Position numbers and translations under genes: made by a program. From positions 720,001 to 752,000 of the forward strand of contig NZ_CP042911.1 in the NCBI RefSeq assembly GCF_008065095.1: a stretch of 32,000 nucleotides of DNA, written 5' to 3'. The stretch is from Gemmata obscuriglobus (GTDB lineage Bacteria; Planctomycetota; Planctomycetia; Gemmatales; Gemmataceae). This document shows, piece after piece, positions 31,861-32,000 of this stretch. Positions within the stretch are counted from its first letter, which is position 1; each line of letters opens with the position of its first letter. Under the pieces are notes generated by a model that was not told the origin of the DNA, made no database searches, and saw only the letters and a list, made by a program, of their open reading frames with translations.

Positions 31861-32000
31861 GCGCGAACCAGGGTTCCGGAGGGGCCGAAGTGGCCGTCCG
31901 GTGTCTCTCGCGTGCTCTCGGCCCGGGTCCCACACCTACATTCGTCACACTGACATGCTCTGGTCCCGCAAGCCCGCTCCGGTTCACGACCGCCACCGCG

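Noticed and set aside
31955-32000. Possible start of a further + strand gene (ATG at 31955, MLWSRKPAPVHDRHR...) after the MotA/ExbB-like gene
   Set aside because: Only 15 codons are visible before the window ends. An alternative GTG frame overlapping the upstream stop (31857) is also open. This is too little sequence to call.
1-32000. Genomic island, prophage or mobile element spanning part of the window
   Set aside because: I found no integrase, transposase, recombinase, phage structural gene, tRNA attachment site or long flanking direct repeats. The AT-richer pockets (6853-7243, 12560-12774, 13960-14200, 22222-22379) are short intergenic segments.

Overview
This is a high-GC chromosomal window that looks planctomycetal, probably Gemmataceae-like. 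The basis is two DUF1559 proteins with the prepilin-type leader [31 protein letters not shown]-like beta-propellers, a sulfatase, an FG-GAP protein and a secreted RTX-like protein carrying an N-terminal LE-x-R-x-VPA motif. I support about 27 protein-coding genes. I found no rRNA, tRNA, CRISPR array, transposase or integrase. Recognisable content falls into four groups. (1) Core metabolism: korA/korB 2-oxoacid:ferredoxin oxidoreductase, a folK fusion and a Zn-dependent alcohol dehydrogenase. (2) A secreted glycan-utilisation cluster: a sulfatase-BNR fusion, a GH32 enzyme, a Tat-exported Gfo/Idh/MocA oxidoreductase and an FG-GAP protein. (3) Two copies of a DUF1559-plus-lipoprotein cassette. (4) Two nucleic-acid ligases lying 2.4 kb apart. 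Most long ORFs in the six-frame track that lie antisense to, or extend beyond, these genes are Arg/Pro/Gly-rich high-GC artefacts. I cannot point to one unambiguous multi-gene novel system. The strongest candidates for follow-up are unusual single-polypeptide architectures: SWIM-LigE-WGR DNA ligase, HAD-IIB phosphatase fused to a HerA-like ATPase, HPPK fused to a PTR1/FolM-like SDR, and sulfatase fused to a BNR sialidase. Several structured non-coding elements also merit follow-up. These are a duplicated hairpin splitting korA from korB, a nested-stem element upstream of folK that shares a 12-mer with a 766-nt gene-free region, AC-rich repeat leaders, and very long perfect palindromes at gene ends. 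All product calls rest on motif recognition by eye, with no database search.
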